The notes: a model not told the origin generated them from the sequence alone. 64,000 nucleotides of DNA from an uncultured Verrucomicrobiota bacterium (GCA_903910585.1 CAIWAH010000109.1:6511-70510); one strand, 5' to 3'; shown: positions 1 to 9,974, numbered from the stretch's first letter. A program made the numbers and translations.

Positions 1-3000
1 GGAAAGGCCACGATGAGGGCACCGCTGTCCGGATACCGGCCTTCGGTGATCCCGGAGACCTGGGGCAGGATTGTTACGGAATCCACCGTGACCCGGATGG
101 GATCGTAAACCCGGACTGTTTCCCCCAGTGCATCAATGCGGAAGTTCACGTGATCGGGCCCGTCCGCCCCATCGCCATCCGCGCGCAGCAGGAGGAAACC
201 CTGCGGCGGAACGAACGAGAGTGACGTCAGCACGGTGTTGGTGGCGCCGGCCAAGGACGGATCGTCGGTGAGAGTGAAACCGCCGAGGTCCACCGGCAGC
301 GCGTCGGGATTGTGCAGCTCAATCCAGTCGGCCGAATTCGTGCCGCCGTCCGCGAGCCACTCGTTGATGCGGACCAACGCCGGATTCCCCAGGGTCGCGC
401 GGGCGGAGTTCGCCGCGCCCGGCGTGGGCGCACTCAGGAGAGTCCATCCGGATTCTGTCCGGCCAATGGACCGGTTCGGCAACTGGGGCCCGAATGCGAT
501 TTGGTCGAGCAGCCGTTCCCGGTCATCGAAAAGGCTGAGGCGGGTGCCGCCGTTGCGCAGGGAGCGACCCAGATTGAGCGCCCCGGGGACCGCGTTGGTG
601 GTCGCCCAAATGCGGACTGTCTGTCCCGCACCCAGCTGGGTGCCGGCCGGGAAGGTCCATTCGCCCGGTTCCGGATCGCCCACGCTCAGGCTGTGACCGG
701 TGAGAATCACCGCATTGGCCGTGGGGTTCTGGAGCTCAATCCAGTCCGCCTCCCCGGCCGGTTCCGCCCAGGCGAGCACCTCGTTGAAGCGCAGTCCCGC
801 GCCGGGCTGCGCCAGGTAGTTGGAGGCACCCGGACTGGCACTGAACGGCAGTGACGTCCACGGGCCGCTTCCGTCCGGCAACCGCCCGGTGGTGACGGCG
901 GCGGTGGCGTTGCGCCACGAGGTGCGGTCCAGCTCCGTGCCGTTGGGATCAATGAGGAACAGCGCGTCGCCGGCCGCGGTGAGCCGGAAGTCCACGTGAT
1001 CCGGGCCCGGGTTCTCGTCCGCCTTCAGCACCGCAAATCCTCCGCCGGCCACAAAGACCGGGGCCGTGATCCGGAACAGCGCGTTGCTGGTGCCGAGCTG
1101 GGTTCCGGTCAGGGACACGGGCAACGGATCGAGGTTGTGCACTTCGATCCAGTCGTCCTCGGTGTCGCCGTTGGCGAGATACTCGTTCAGGCGGAGGTTG
1201 GCCGGATTGCCCAACGCGGCCGCCTCGTTGACCGCAGCCGGCGTGGATTCGCACAGGGTCCAGCCACCGGCGACGCGCCCGAGGGAGAAGCCGTCCACCG
1301 CCGGCCCGAAGGTCACCGCGTCCACCCGGTTGGTCTGCGAATCGAACAACGCCAGCGTGTCCCCCTGGCGGCTCAGGCCGAAGCCCGTGCGGGGCGTGCC
1401 GTTGGTGCCGCAGAACACGCGCAGATAACCGCCCGCAGCGACGGAAACACCCGGCGGGAAGACAAAGCGCCGGGGATTGTCATTGTCGGTCAGGCTCCAC
1501 CCGGCGAGGTCCACCGCCGCGTTGCCGCGGTTGCGCAGCTCGATCCAGTCGGTCGCCGGCGGCGCTACCGCCACAATCTCGTTGAACCGGACCAACGGCG
1601 TCGGCGCGACGGAGTTGGCGGCGCCCGGAGTGCCGTCGCCCGCAGCGCTCGGCTGCCAATTGGCCGGGTCGTTGGGGTCGCCGGCGGCGCTGATCAGCTC
1701 CAGCGAGGCCCCCTGCCCGTCCGGCTGCGCGGGCCACGGCGGGTCGTCGGAATAGGTCACCGAAGCGAGCGTGCGCCCGTCACGGTCAAGGAGTTCGAGC
1801 CGTTCCCCGCCATTGTTAAGCGAACCGCCAAACCAGCCGGCCACAACGACCCCGGTATAACGGGCCGCGAACGCCGTCGGGCTGCCGTCGTTGGCGAGCA
1901 CGATGCGCGCCCCGGGCGCCAGCACCGGGAAAGGACTGACAAACCGGAAGTTCACCCCAGTCAGGCTGCACTCGGACAGGTCCACCGGCAGTCCTCCGGA
2001 ATTTTGGAGCTCGATGAACTCGAACGCATCCCCCCCGACGGGATTATACATGAGCTCCGCAAAACGGACCGTCGGACCGCCTTCGGTGACGGTGAAGCTG
2101 GCATCGCTCAGGGCGCTCCAGTTCGTGCCGGCGAGGGAACGGGCCATGACCCGGGTCGAGGCGCTGAGGACGAGCGGCGCGGTGTAAGTGCGCGCCTCTG
2201 CGGTCGGCGTGCCAGTCCAGTAGGTGCGCGGATCGGTGCCGTTGGTCGTGTAGTAGATGGTGCCCGCGAGGTTGCTCATGCTGAGGCTGAATCCCGCCGG
2301 AACCGTCCCGCCGAACCGGGGAAACACCGGAGCGTTCGACGACAGGAGGAAGCCGGCCCGCTGAAAGATGTTGGTCACATGGCGCCGCCGGCCATTGATC
2401 CAGGTATTCACCACGTCCGAGAAGCCGGAGATGGACGGGGCCACCCGGGCCTTCACTTCGCCGTAGCGGGCACGGAGGCGTTCGTCGGTGAGCGGTCCGC
2501 CGTTGAAGAAGGCCCGGTGAACGCGGTCGGCGAACAGCAGCTTGAACTCGGGCGACCGCTTCAGCCCGTTGAAGAGGCGCTGGTAGTCGGTCGTGCCCCA
2601 CGGCGGCGACAGGGTCGAAAGCGTGTTGGCGATGGTGTCGTAGCTGACCGGATGGCCGGAGAATCCGAACGCAAACTCCGCGTCCCACGGATAAAACCGG
2701 AACTTGGCGCCCGGCTTCTTCTCCCGTGCAGCCCGCGTGTTGTTGTGCGGCCAGTCGTCGTTGTCCGCCCAGATGTGCGGCAGCAGGTAGTCCACGAAGT
2801 TGGCGAGATCCATCTTCGCCGCGACGCTCTCGAAGTTCGCCCGCACCGTGAGGTCCAACGCGGCGGCAGTGCGCAGCTGGCTCCACGCCACCGTGTCGCC
2901 GCGCACCGCCTGGCTGTTCGGGCCCATGACATCCCAGAGGTCGCCACCGCCGTGGTATTGCTGGAGGAAATCGTCGTCCACGCGTTCGGCGGGGTTGTAG

Positions 3001-5408
3001 ATGCCCCGGTAAACGCCGTTGAGGAACACGTTCACAAAGCTGCCGTGGCAGGCAACCAGCCCCATTTCGTCGCAGAGCGAGCGGACAAACTCGTCCTTCA
3101 GGAACGGATTCGAGTGATCGTTCATGCCCGCACGCAGATGCAGGCTGTTGAAGGAAGCCACCGTGGTGCCGGGGAACATCGGATACTCAAGTTTTCCCGG
3201 GCCGTATTCGCCGCGGAAATACAGGCGGAACGAGTATTTGCTCTCGGGCAACGCGGTGGAGCGGTAGTTGTAGAGCGAGCGGATGTAATCGCCGCCGGCC
3301 ACCCGCAGCCCCGCATCCATCTGGAACCCGCCGTTGTCCTCGGGCCGGATCAGCTCGACCGACACCGGACGTTCCCAGGCGGGCCCGTGTTTGTCGGTGT
3401 TGCGCGGGCTGTATTCCATGATGCCCGTGCGGCCGTAGAGATTGTTGGTGGCGGACACCAGCGACACCGCCGGCAGCAACCGCCGGGCGGCGGACAGATT
3501 GAACAGGTAGCTGTGGGTGCCCACGGACGAGGGCAGATGATTCTCCGCAAAGGCCGCCGCCCGGATCACGCGGCTCAGGGCGATCGTCACCGGGCCGGTG
3601 TAAACGATGCCATTGGTCAATGCCGGCGGACTGCCGTTCGTCGTGTAGCGGATCGTCGCGCCCGGAGTGGGCGTGCTGAGCGAGAGGTTGAAGGGGCGGT
3701 CGAAAAAGCCCCGCTGAACACTGAACCGGACCTCGCCGACCCGGCCCGTGATGGTGCTGGTGCCGTTCGCGGCGCCCGGAGTGGCCGGGTTGAAATAGCG
3801 CCAGCCCACCACCCCGCCCGCCTGCCAGCCGTAGGAATGGTCCGGGCTTTGCACCGGGTATTCCACCTCGGCGATCAGCGGCCGGGGAAGTTCCGGCCCG
3901 AACAGACGCAGCGTGTCGCCCGTGGCGTTCAGTTTGAAGTTGGTGTGCAGCCGAGTTCCCGGCGCGGTCGGCCGGCGGTCTTTTCCGGAAGCAAACAGGA
4001 CAAGGTAACCGCTGGGCGGCAGGCTCACCGCCGGGAACACCCACTGGCCTTCCTCGCTGGAATCATTGCTCAGGGACCAGCCTTCGAGATTCACCGCGGC
4101 GGCGCCCCGATTGCGCAGCTCGATCCAGTCTTCCGTGTCACCGTCCTCGTCCGTGAGACCGGCGGCGTTGTCGGCCATGAACTCGCTGATCTCGACCGGC
4201 GGTGCCGGCTGGGCCGAATCCACCGTCACCGTCCAGCCGCCGCCACGAAACGGATGCGGCTCGGGCTCGTCCGATTCGATGCCGTGGGGCTCGGCCCAGG
4301 TGAAGGTGGCGACCCCGTTCGCCGCGGCCGGAAACGTGAAACGATAGGGACCGGGACCGACGCCGGTCACCGCGGTGGCGGGAATTCCGTTCCGCCGCAG
4401 GTCGGCAGGATCCACGCCGGTGACCGTCCGGTTGAAGGTCACCTCGACGTCTGCCAATTGCCGGACCGTCAAACCGGCGACCGGCAGGCGCTGCGCGATG
4501 GCGGGGCCGACCGGATCCAGCAGTTCGTAGCTCCAGACCGAACCCGGCGCGCCGGCATCAAAGCGGTTGGCGGGGGTGTCCAAGTCGCGGATCTGGTGCA
4601 GTGTGCCCCAGCTGATCTGCACGCCGCCGAAGGCCGGTTTCGCAAAGCTGAAGGTGTAAGTGTTGCCGCCGCCGGCGGAGGCGAACGCCGGCACGCCGTT
4701 GACCAGGAAGTGCTGCGCCTCGACCCCGGTCACGGCCTCGGAAAACATCACCGTGATGCTGGTGAGATTCGTCAGCACTCCTGGCGGCGGCACAACCGAG
4801 ACCACCTTGGGCGCCGCCGCCGGCAGCTCCTGCGCGAGAAGCTGGGCATCGAAGACGAGGTCGCTGCTGCCCAACGAACCGTTCATCGCCACGATCGCCA
4901 GCACGTTTTCGCCCGGCACCAGGAGCGACGGCGCATTGGTGATCGTTTGGATGTTCCAGACAAATTCCTCGGCGGAGGTTGCCAGCGTGTTCTGGTCCGG
5001 ATCGGTGTCGGGAGCCCGGAATGACGCCACCCGGGTGCCGTTCAGGTAGGCAACGAACCCGTCGTCGCAGACCGTGGTCAATTCAAGTTCCTCGATGGCC
5101 GACGGGTTTGCGACGGTGAATTTCCGCCGCAGAAACACCGTGCCGTAGGAGTTGGCCATGTCGGCCAGTTCGGTGCCGGCGAACCCCGCCTCGCCGTAGA
5201 AAAAGGCTCCGTTGCCGGTCACCCAGCCGGCCTCATTGAAACCGGGTTGCCGCCACGCTGCCGAATCCGCGGGCGACGGATGGGCCGTGCCGCGGAAGTA
5301 ACGCCACGCACTGTTGGTCGTGATCAGCGTGAGCTCCGCCGCACCGAGACATGAAACCAGCAGGCTGGCGAACAGGGTCAGCCGAAACAACCGGGCAAAG
5401 GCGTGCAT
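1..5408 (-). CDS. Giant secreted CotH kinase-family protein with six lamin-tail (LTD) modules; 3' end lies beyond the window
   Basis: My own minus-strand translation from the ATG at 5408 gives the signal peptide MHAFARLFRLTLFASLLVSCLGAAEL. The frame stays open to position 1, checked at 5099, 2300 and 59. It is absent from the ORF track because no stop falls in the window. CotH-like core: RPVSVELIRPEDNGGFQMDAGLRVAGGDYIRS...YSFRLYFRGEYG...SFVNVFLNGVYRGIYNPAERVDDDF. Six LTD signatures are present (e.g. VRFNEIVAVAPPATDWIELRNRGNAAVDLAGWSLTDND). Two chitobiase-C-like motifs are present (ATIRYTTNGSPP, GTIYYTTNGTDP). Confidence 0.85.
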   Translation of the reverse strand, partial: MHAFARLFRLTLFASLLVSCLGAAELTLITTNSAWRYFRGTAHPSPADSAAWRQPGFNEAGWVTGNGAFFYGEAGFAGTELADMANSYGTVFLRRKFTVANPSAIEELELTTVCDDGFVAYLNGTRVASFRAPDTDPDQNTLATSAEEFVWNIQTITNAPSLLVPGENVLAIVAMNGSLGSSDLVFDAQLLAQELPAAAPKVVSVVPPPGVLTNLTSITVMFSEAVTGVEAQHFLVNGVPAFASAGGGNTYTFSFAKPAFGGVQISWGTLHQIRDLDTPANRFDAGAPGSVWSYELLDPVGPAIAQRLPVAGLTVRQLADVEVTFNRTVTGVDPADLRRNGIPATAVTGVGPGPYRFTFPAAANGVATFTWAEPHGIESDEPEPHPFRGGGWTVTVDSAQPAPPVEISEFMADNAAGLTDEDGDTEDWIELRNRGAAAVNLEGWSLSNDSSEEGQWVFPAVSLPPSGYLVLFASGKDRRPTAPGTRLHTNFKLNATGDTLRLFGPELPRPLIAEVEYPVQSPDHSYGWQAGGVVGWRYFNPATPGAANGTSTITGRVGEVRFSVQRGFFDRPFNLSLSTPTPGATIRYTTNGSPPALTNGIVYTGPVTIALSRVIRAAAFAENHLPSSVGTHSYLFNLSAARRLLPAVSLVSATNNLYGRTGIMEYSPRNTDKHGPAWERPVSVELIRPEDNGGFQMDAGLRVAGGDYIRSLYNYRSTALPESKYSFRLYFRGEYGPGKLEYPMFPGTTVASFNSLHLRAGMNDHSNPFLKDEFVRSLCDEMGLVACHGSFVNVFLNGVYRGIYNPAERVDDDFLQQYHGGGDLWDVMGPNSQAVRGDTVAWSQLRTAAALDLTVRANFESVAAKMDLANFVDYLLPHIWADNDDWPHNNTRAAREKKPGAKFRFYPWDAEFAFGFSGHPVSYDTIANTLSTLSPPWGTTDYQRLFNGLKRSPEFKLLFADRVHRAFFNGGPLTDERLRARYGEVKARVAPSISGFSDVVNTWINGRRRHVTNIFQRAGFLLSSNAPVFPRFGGTVPAGFSLSMSNLAGTIYYTTNGTDPRTYWTGTPTAEARTYTAPLVLSASTRVMARSLAGTNWSALSDASFTVTEGGPTVRFAELMYNPVGGDAFEFIELQNSGGLPVDLSECSLTGVNFRFVSPFPVLAPGARIVLANDGSPTAFAARYTGVVVAGWFGGSLNNGGERLELLDRDGRTLASVTYSDDPPWPAQPDGQGASLELISAAGDPNDPANWQPSAAGDGTPGAANSVAPTPLVRFNEIVAVAPPATDWIELRNRGNAAVDLAGWSLTDNDNPRRFVFPPGVSVAAGGYLRVFCGTNGTPRTGFGLSRQGDTLALFDSQTNRVDAVTFGPAVDGFSLGRVAGGWTLCESTPAAVNEAAALGNPANLRLNEYLANGDTEDDWIEVHNLDPLPVSLTGTQLGTSNALFRITAPVFVAGGGFAVLKADENPGPDHVDFRLTAAGDALFLIDPNGTELDRTSWRNATAAVTTGRLPDGSGPWTSLPFSASPGASNYLAQPGAGLRFNEVLAWAEPAGEADWIELQNPTANAVILTGHSLSVGDPEPGEWTFPAGTQLGAGQTVRIWATTNAVPGALNLGRSLRNGGTRLSLFDDRERLLDQIAFGPQLPNRSIGRTESGWTLLSAPTPGAANSARATLGNPALVRINEWLADGGTNSADWIELHNPDALPVDLGGFTLTDDPSLAGATNTVLTSLSFVPPQGFLLLRADGDGADGPDHVNFRIDALGETVRVYDPIRVTVDSVTILPQVSGITEGRYPDSGALIVAF

Positions 5409-5473
5409 GCGATGCGGCAACCTTGCCGGAGCGGGTCAGCCAGTCAAAGACGGCCTGCGTCGGTCGAACCGCA

Positions 5474-6106
5474 TCAGCGACTGCCCGACCAGAACCAATC
5501 CCAAAGTTCCCAGCCGCCCAACCCAACGGCCGTCAGAAAGGCGGCCGAGGCGACCAGCGCAGCCACGCCCAACAGCAGCGCCGCGCCGTCCCGGATCATC
5601 GTGCCGACCGACAGCAGCAGGATTGCGCTGGCCGGCAGGGAATTGCTCATCGGCACCGGAATCGGGAGCAGCAGCAGCCCACCCGCCAGCGCCAGCAGCA
5701 AACCGGTCACCGCCGGCCCCGCCAGCCATCGACAAACCCAATCCCACCGCGGCCGAAGGATGCGTTCGACCCAGTCCAGCACCCGGCTGGCGCCGTGCAG
5801 CAGCCGCGGCAGAAAACGAGCCGGCAACATCCGGGCGCCGAGCCTGGGCGGCAGCTGCGGCGGGCGTCCGAACGCGATTTGCAAACCGATCACCACGACC
5901 ACCAGTCCCGCGGGAGTGGCCAGCCCCAGCAAGGGCACCGGCGAGAGGAACGGCAGCGAGAGCACTGCCAGGAATGCAAAGCTGCCGTGGGCTCCAAAAA
6001 CCTCCGCCAACTCGGCCAGCCGGACCGGGCCATCCTGAAAACGCGCCGCCACCCGCGCCAATTCGCGGGATAACGAGACCGTGCGTTTCATTTCTGCCGG
6101 TTCCAT
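5474..6106 (-). CDS. exoD: Exopolysaccharide synthesis ExoD-family membrane protein
   Basis: This is the C-terminal 210 aa of track ORF 5474..7333, starting at MEPAEMKRTVSLSRELARVAARF (ATG at 6106). ExoD-like features: GAHGSFAFLAVLSLPFLSPVPLLG plus later TM helices. The upstream part of the track ORF is antisense to ald. Confidence 0.75.
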   Translation of the reverse strand: MEPAEMKRTVSLSRELARVAARFQDGPVRLAELAEVFGAHGSFAFLAVLSLPFLSPVPLLGLATPAGLVVVVIGLQIAFGRPPQLPPRLGARMLPARFLPRLLHGASRVLDWVERILRPRWDWVCRWLAGPAVTGLLLALAGGLLLLPIPVPMSNSLPASAILLLSVGTMIRDGAALLLGVAALVASAAFLTAVGLGGWELWDWFWSGSR

Positions 6107-6262
6107 GCGCTGCGAAGATGACGCCCCGGTGGCCGCCGCGCCATCGTCGGAAGCAAACTTCCTCGCCCAGGCGCCCGGGACCGCCCGGCTGGCCCGCTTG
6201 GGGCAGCGGCGGGAAAGCAACGAACGGTTGCGTCGGAACCCGCCCGGGAAAACCCTCCCGCC

Positions 6263-7363
6263 ATGACGATCGGCGTGCCGCGGGAGATCAAGGAACAGGA
6301 ACATCGGGTCGCCCTGCTGCCCTCGGCCGCCTACCAGCTCATCCGGCGCGGACACCGGGTCCTCGTGGAAACCGGCGCGGGGGCCGGCGCCGGCTATCCC
6401 GATGCCGACTACGCGGCGGCCGGGGCGCAACTGCTGGATTCCCATGCCGCGGTCTTCGCCGAGGCCGATTTGGTGGTGAAGGTGAAGGAGCCGCTGCCGT
6501 CCGAGTATCCCCTGCTCCGGCCCGGCCAACTGCTTTTCACTTACCTTCATCTGGCCGCCAACAAGTCCCTCACTGAAGCCCTGCTGAAGTCCGGCGCGAC
6601 CTGCCTCGCTTACGAAACCGTGGAGGTGAACCGCCGGCTGCCCCTGCTGGAACCGATGAGCGAGATCGCCGGCCGCATGAGCGTGCTGGTGGGCGGCTAC
6701 TTCCTCGCCAAGCATCACGGCGGCAGCGGGACGTTGCTTGGCGGCGTTCCCGGCGTGTTGCCGGGCAAGGTCGTCGTGCTCGGCGGTGGGGTGTCCGGCG
6801 TCAATGCCGCCCGCATGGCCCAGGGTCTGGGCGCCGACGTGACCATCCTGGAAGTGGACATCGAGCGGATGCGGTTCCTCGACATCACGCTGCACACCGC
6901 CCACACGCTGTATTCCAACGAGGCCCACCTGCTCGAACTGCTGCCCCAGGTGGATCTGCTGATTGGAGCCGTGCTGGTGCCGGGCGCCAAAGCGCCGAAA
7001 CTCATCAACCGCGCGATGCTCCGGAAGATGCGGCCGGGCAGCGTGCTGGTGGACATCGCCATTGACCAGGGCGGCTGCGCCGAAACCTCGCGGCCCACCA
7101 CGCATCACGATCCGGTGTTCGTGGAAGAAGGCGTGACCCACTACTGCGTCGCCAACATGCCCGGTGCCTATGCCCGCACTGCGACGCAGGCCCTGACCAA
7201 CGCGACGTTCCGCTACATCGAGACGCTGGCCGACCACGGGCTCGCAGAAGCGATCCGCCGCCAACCGGCCCTGCTCGGCGGCATCAACGTGATGGGCGGA
7301 AAGCTCACCAGCCGGCCCGTGGCGGAAGCGCACGGGCTGGAGTTCACGGAGGCGACACTTTAA
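6263..7363 (+). CDS. ald: Alanine dehydrogenase
   Basis: [22 protein letters not shown]-terminus. NAD-binding motif [28 protein letters not shown]. Length 366 aa. Confidence 0.93.
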   Translation: MTIGVPREIKEQEHRVALLPSAAYQLIRRGHRVLVETGAGAGAGYPDADYAAAGAQLLDSHAAVFAEADLVVKVKEPLPSEYPLLRPGQLLFTYLHLAANKSLTEALLKSGATCLAYETVEVNRRLPLLEPMSEIAGRMSVLVGGYFLAKHHGGSGTLLGGVPGVLPGKVVVLGGGVSGVNAARMAQGLGADVTILEVDIERMRFLDITLHTAHTLYSNEAHLLELLPQVDLLIGAVLVPGAKAPKLINRAMLRKMRPGSVLVDIAIDQGGCAETSRPTTHHDPVFVEEGVTHYCVANMPGAYARTATQALTNATFRYIETLADHGLAEAIRRQPALLGGINVMGGKLTSRPVAEAHGLEFTEATL

Positions 7364-7693
7364 GTGAATCTTGACTCAGAAAAGCTGAACGCGGCCTTGT
7401 GTGCATACGTGCAGACATTTCCTAACCGCACTAGGTTGGACGCATTTATCAGCCAGCAACACTGGAAGGATTGCGCCCAAGACATCTCGGCGGCGCTGGA
7501 TATGGCCATCGGAACGGCAGAAGAATTTCTCTACAACTATCCCGGCGGAGTCTCGTGGAACGCTGCGTTTGAAAGAGAATTCTCCAACACATTACGGCGA
7601 ACGAGCCCTTGGCTGGATGAAACCGGGATCGCCCTGATGCGAGATTTTGCGGGCTGGCTCTGCTGGCATGAAGGCTTAAACCGAACACGGTGA
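7364..7693 (+). CDS. Hypothetical protein, compositionally atypical (low GC)
   Basis: 109-aa ORF whose GTG start follows directly after the ald TAA stop. Hand count gives ~54% GC over 7381-7680, against ~65% in the next gene. No recognisable motif. Confidence 0.45.
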   Translation: MNLDSEKLNAALCAYVQTFPNRTRLDAFISQQHWKDCAQDISAALDMAIGTAEEFLYNYPGGVSWNAAFEREFSNTLRRTSPWLDETGIALMRDFAGWLCWHEGLNRTR

Positions 7694-7697
7694 GGTT

Positions 7698-8453
7698 ATG
7701 GATGTCGCTCAATCACTACTTCCCCCGCTCATCCCCGGCACGCTTTACCTCGTCGCCACACCGATCGGGAACCTGGAGGACATCACGCTGCGCGCGTTGC
7801 GGGTGCTCCGCGAATGCGACGTCGTGGCCGCCGAGGACACCCGCCACACCGGGCAGTTGCTGCGGCATTTCGAGATCAGCAAGCCGCTGCTGAGTTACTT
7901 CAAGTTCAACGAGGCGAAGCGCACCGAGGAATTCGTCGGCCGGCTGCGCCGCGGGGAGAAGATCGCGCTGGTCACCGACGCCGGTTCTCCGGGCATCAGC
8001 GATCCCGGCGAACGGATCGTTGCCGCCGCCGTCGCCGCCGGCTGCCGGGTCGAGGCCATTCCCGGAGCCTGCGCGTTGGTCGCCGGGCTGACCGCCAGCG
8101 GCTTGCCGACCGAGGAGTTTCACTTCGCGGGTTTCCTGCCGCACAAGTCGGGTCAGCGCGCCAATCGGCTGGCCGAACTCGCCCGGATTCCCGGCACGCT
8201 GGTGCTTTACGAATCACCCTTTCGCGTCGAACGACTGGCCGAGGAACTGCAGCTCGCGATGCCGGACCGCCGCGTGGTGTTCGCCCGCGAGCTGACCAAG
8301 AAGTTCGAGGAATGGCTGCGCGGCACACCGGCCGAACTGGCGACGCTCCTCAAGCAACGGCCGCGCAAGGGCGAGTTCGTCGTGCTCGTGGGCCCGGCTG
8401 ACACATCCCACTGCACCTCACCGCAGGCACCGACCGTAGGGCAGACTCCATGA
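7698..8453 (+). CDS. rsmI: 16S rRNA (cytidine1402-2'-O)-methyltransferase RsmI
   Basis: LYLVATPIGNLEDITLRALRVLRECDVVAAEDTRHTGQLL and LVTDAGSPGISDPG are tetrapyrrole-methylase-fold RsmI hallmarks. Confidence 0.9.
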   Translation: MDVAQSLLPPLIPGTLYLVATPIGNLEDITLRALRVLRECDVVAAEDTRHTGQLLRHFEISKPLLSYFKFNEAKRTEEFVGRLRRGEKIALVTDAGSPGISDPGERIVAAAVAAGCRVEAIPGACALVAGLTASGLPTEEFHFAGFLPHKSGQRANRLAELARIPGTLVLYESPFRVERLAEELQLAMPDRRVVFARELTKKFEEWLRGTPAELATLLKQRPRKGEFVVLVGPADTSHCTSPQAPTVGQTP

Positions 8454-8812
8454 AAGGATTCGGGTTTCAGCCGGCGACGGCGGTCGGGGTTGCGTTTCTG
8501 CTGCTGCAGCTCGCCCTGGTGGTCCGTGCGCGTTTTGTGGACGAGCGCTTTTTCTGCTGGGCTCCTTTTGATGAAGCGACCCGGTTTGAAACGCAGGTGG
8601 TGATCGGGGGCCGGACGCTGTCCCGGGAAGAAACCAACCGACGCTACCGTCATGGTTCAGCCGGCTGGGAAAATCACTCGGTTCACAATGTGCTCCGCAT
8701 GATTCGCCAGTATGAGTCCACTTATGGCCGAAGTGATCAGGCCCAGGTGACCGTGACCTATTCCATCAACGGCCACCCTTCCCGCATCTGGACCCGGCCA
8801 CCCCTCCCATGA
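8450..8812 (+). CDS. Hypothetical single-pass membrane protein
   Basis: The ATG overlaps the rsmI stop (ATGA at 8450-8453). N-terminal TM: AVGVAFLLLQLALVV. No known motif recognised. Confidence 0.55.
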   Translation: MKGFGFQPATAVGVAFLLLQLALVVRARFVDERFFCWAPFDEATRFETQVVIGGRTLSREETNRRYRHGSAGWENHSVHNVLRMIRQYESTYGRSDQAQVTVTYSINGHPSRIWTRPPLP

Positions 8813-9939
8813 AATCCACCTGGACCATCGGATGCCCGTGGCGCGTGGACGGGACGGGGATGTCACCGAACCTCCTGCTCATGGCCAAATTGCTGGTCCT
8901 CGTGTTTGCCCGGGGCGGTGCTTGGGCAAGGATGTCAGATCCGTTCCTCCCATTCTTTCCGTGGCTCGACCAGATGCGCAGCCAAGGAAGCTGGTTTGGC
9001 CATGGTTTGCACCTGATGTTCCTGGTGGGAGCGGCGGCGGTGCTCCTGAATGTCCGGCCGCGGATCGGCTGCCTTCTCACCGGGGCAGCGATTCTGCTCT
9101 GGCAGTTCGGGGTCATGCCGGAGTTCCGCAACCACATCTTCATCTGCGGCTGCCTGCTCTTCCTCGCCGGCTGCCATGGCAGAACCGCAGACCCGTGGCT
9201 GATCCGTTGGCAGTTCGCGCTGATTTATGCCGGGGCCGCGACCAACAAGCTGCTGCAGGCGGACTGGTGGACCGGCCAGTTCCTGGTCACCTGGCTGACG
9301 GCCGAGCTGCCGGCAGCGGGTTTCCGCCACGCATCCAAACTGGTCCCGCCCCTTCTCCTGGCCAAGCTCCTGTCGTGGTTCACGATGGTCGCCGAGGTCG
9401 CCTTGGCCGTCTGCTTTTGCCGGCGGCAGCGGGTTCGTCCGGCGGTCTGGATCGTTCTCCTCCTTCATGGCGGCATGTTCGTCTTCCTCGTCGGCAACCG
9501 GTTCGGCCACTTCATCGAAGACATCCTCGTGGGGTTGATCGCGTTCCTCTCCTGGCCACAGCAGCCGCTGGAGGTCCGGACGAAAGGTCCGGACGAAAGC
9601 CTGTTTTCCCGCCTGCTCCGGTTCCTGAATCCAGCCGCGTCTGTTCACCCGGCCGTTCCCCACAAATCGGCGGACTGGCTGGAAACCACAATCGGAGAGG
9701 CGCGCCTGACCAATGGCGCAGCCCTGCGGACCGTGCTTCTTTTCAGTCCGGGATTCTACTTCGTGCTGTTTGCCGGCGACTGGGCGCTGGAATCGTTGCT
9801 GGGCCAAGGGAACATCCATCGCTACCTCTCGGTGGCGGTCGCCGTGGTGCTCATGGCAAGTTTTGCCCCGGCACATTGGCACGGATGGCGGCATCTTGGG
9901 CGGCACTTTCGGCCGGAACGGCCCGGTGTCGGGCTTTGA
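8809..9939 (+). CDS. Polytopic membrane protein, HTTM (vitamin-K carboxylase-like) domain candidate with a degenerate DCC1/DUF393-like tail
   Basis: The ATG overlaps the upstream stop (ATGA at 8809-8812). There are 6-8 predicted TM helices. The pattern WQFALIYAGAATNKLLQADWWTGQFL resembles the HTTM core. In the C-terminal ~130 aa, DESLFSRLLRFL...GAALRTVLLFSPGFY resembles DUF393 but lacks the CxxC. The family call is tentative. Confidence 0.5.
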   Translation: MKSTWTIGCPWRVDGTGMSPNLLLMAKLLVLVFARGGAWARMSDPFLPFFPWLDQMRSQGSWFGHGLHLMFLVGAAAVLLNVRPRIGCLLTGAAILLWQFGVMPEFRNHIFICGCLLFLAGCHGRTADPWLIRWQFALIYAGAATNKLLQADWWTGQFLVTWLTAELPAAGFRHASKLVPPLLLAKLLSWFTMVAEVALAVCFCRRQRVRPAVWIVLLLHGGMFVFLVGNRFGHFIEDILVGLIAFLSWPQQPLEVRTKGPDESLFSRLLRFLNPAASVHPAVPHKSADWLETTIGEARLTNGAALRTVLLFSPGFYFVLFAGDWALESLLGQGNIHRYLSVAVAVVLMASFAPAHWHGWRHLGRHFRPERPGVGL

Positions 9940-9974
9940 CAGCGCCCCGGACCGTTCCCATCTTCGCCGCTCCA

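Noticed and set aside
996-5024. 1342-aa plus-strand ORF, the longest ORF at the left end of the track
   Set aside because: It is antisense to the CotH/LTD gene. Its composition is extreme in Arg/Gly/Ala/His with no motifs, while the opposite strand gives a continuous domain-rich translation. This is a typical high-GC shadow ORF.
5314-6576. 420-aa plus-strand Pro/Arg-rich ORF
   Set aside because: It overlaps exoD and ald out of frame and is low-complexity (PRRPAQPRPTAAPRRPG...). It is a compositional artefact.
6107-7333. N-terminal ~400 aa of the 619-aa minus-strand ORF 5474..7333
   Set aside because: It is antisense to alanine dehydrogenase. Only the last 210 aa (ExoD) look like a real protein.
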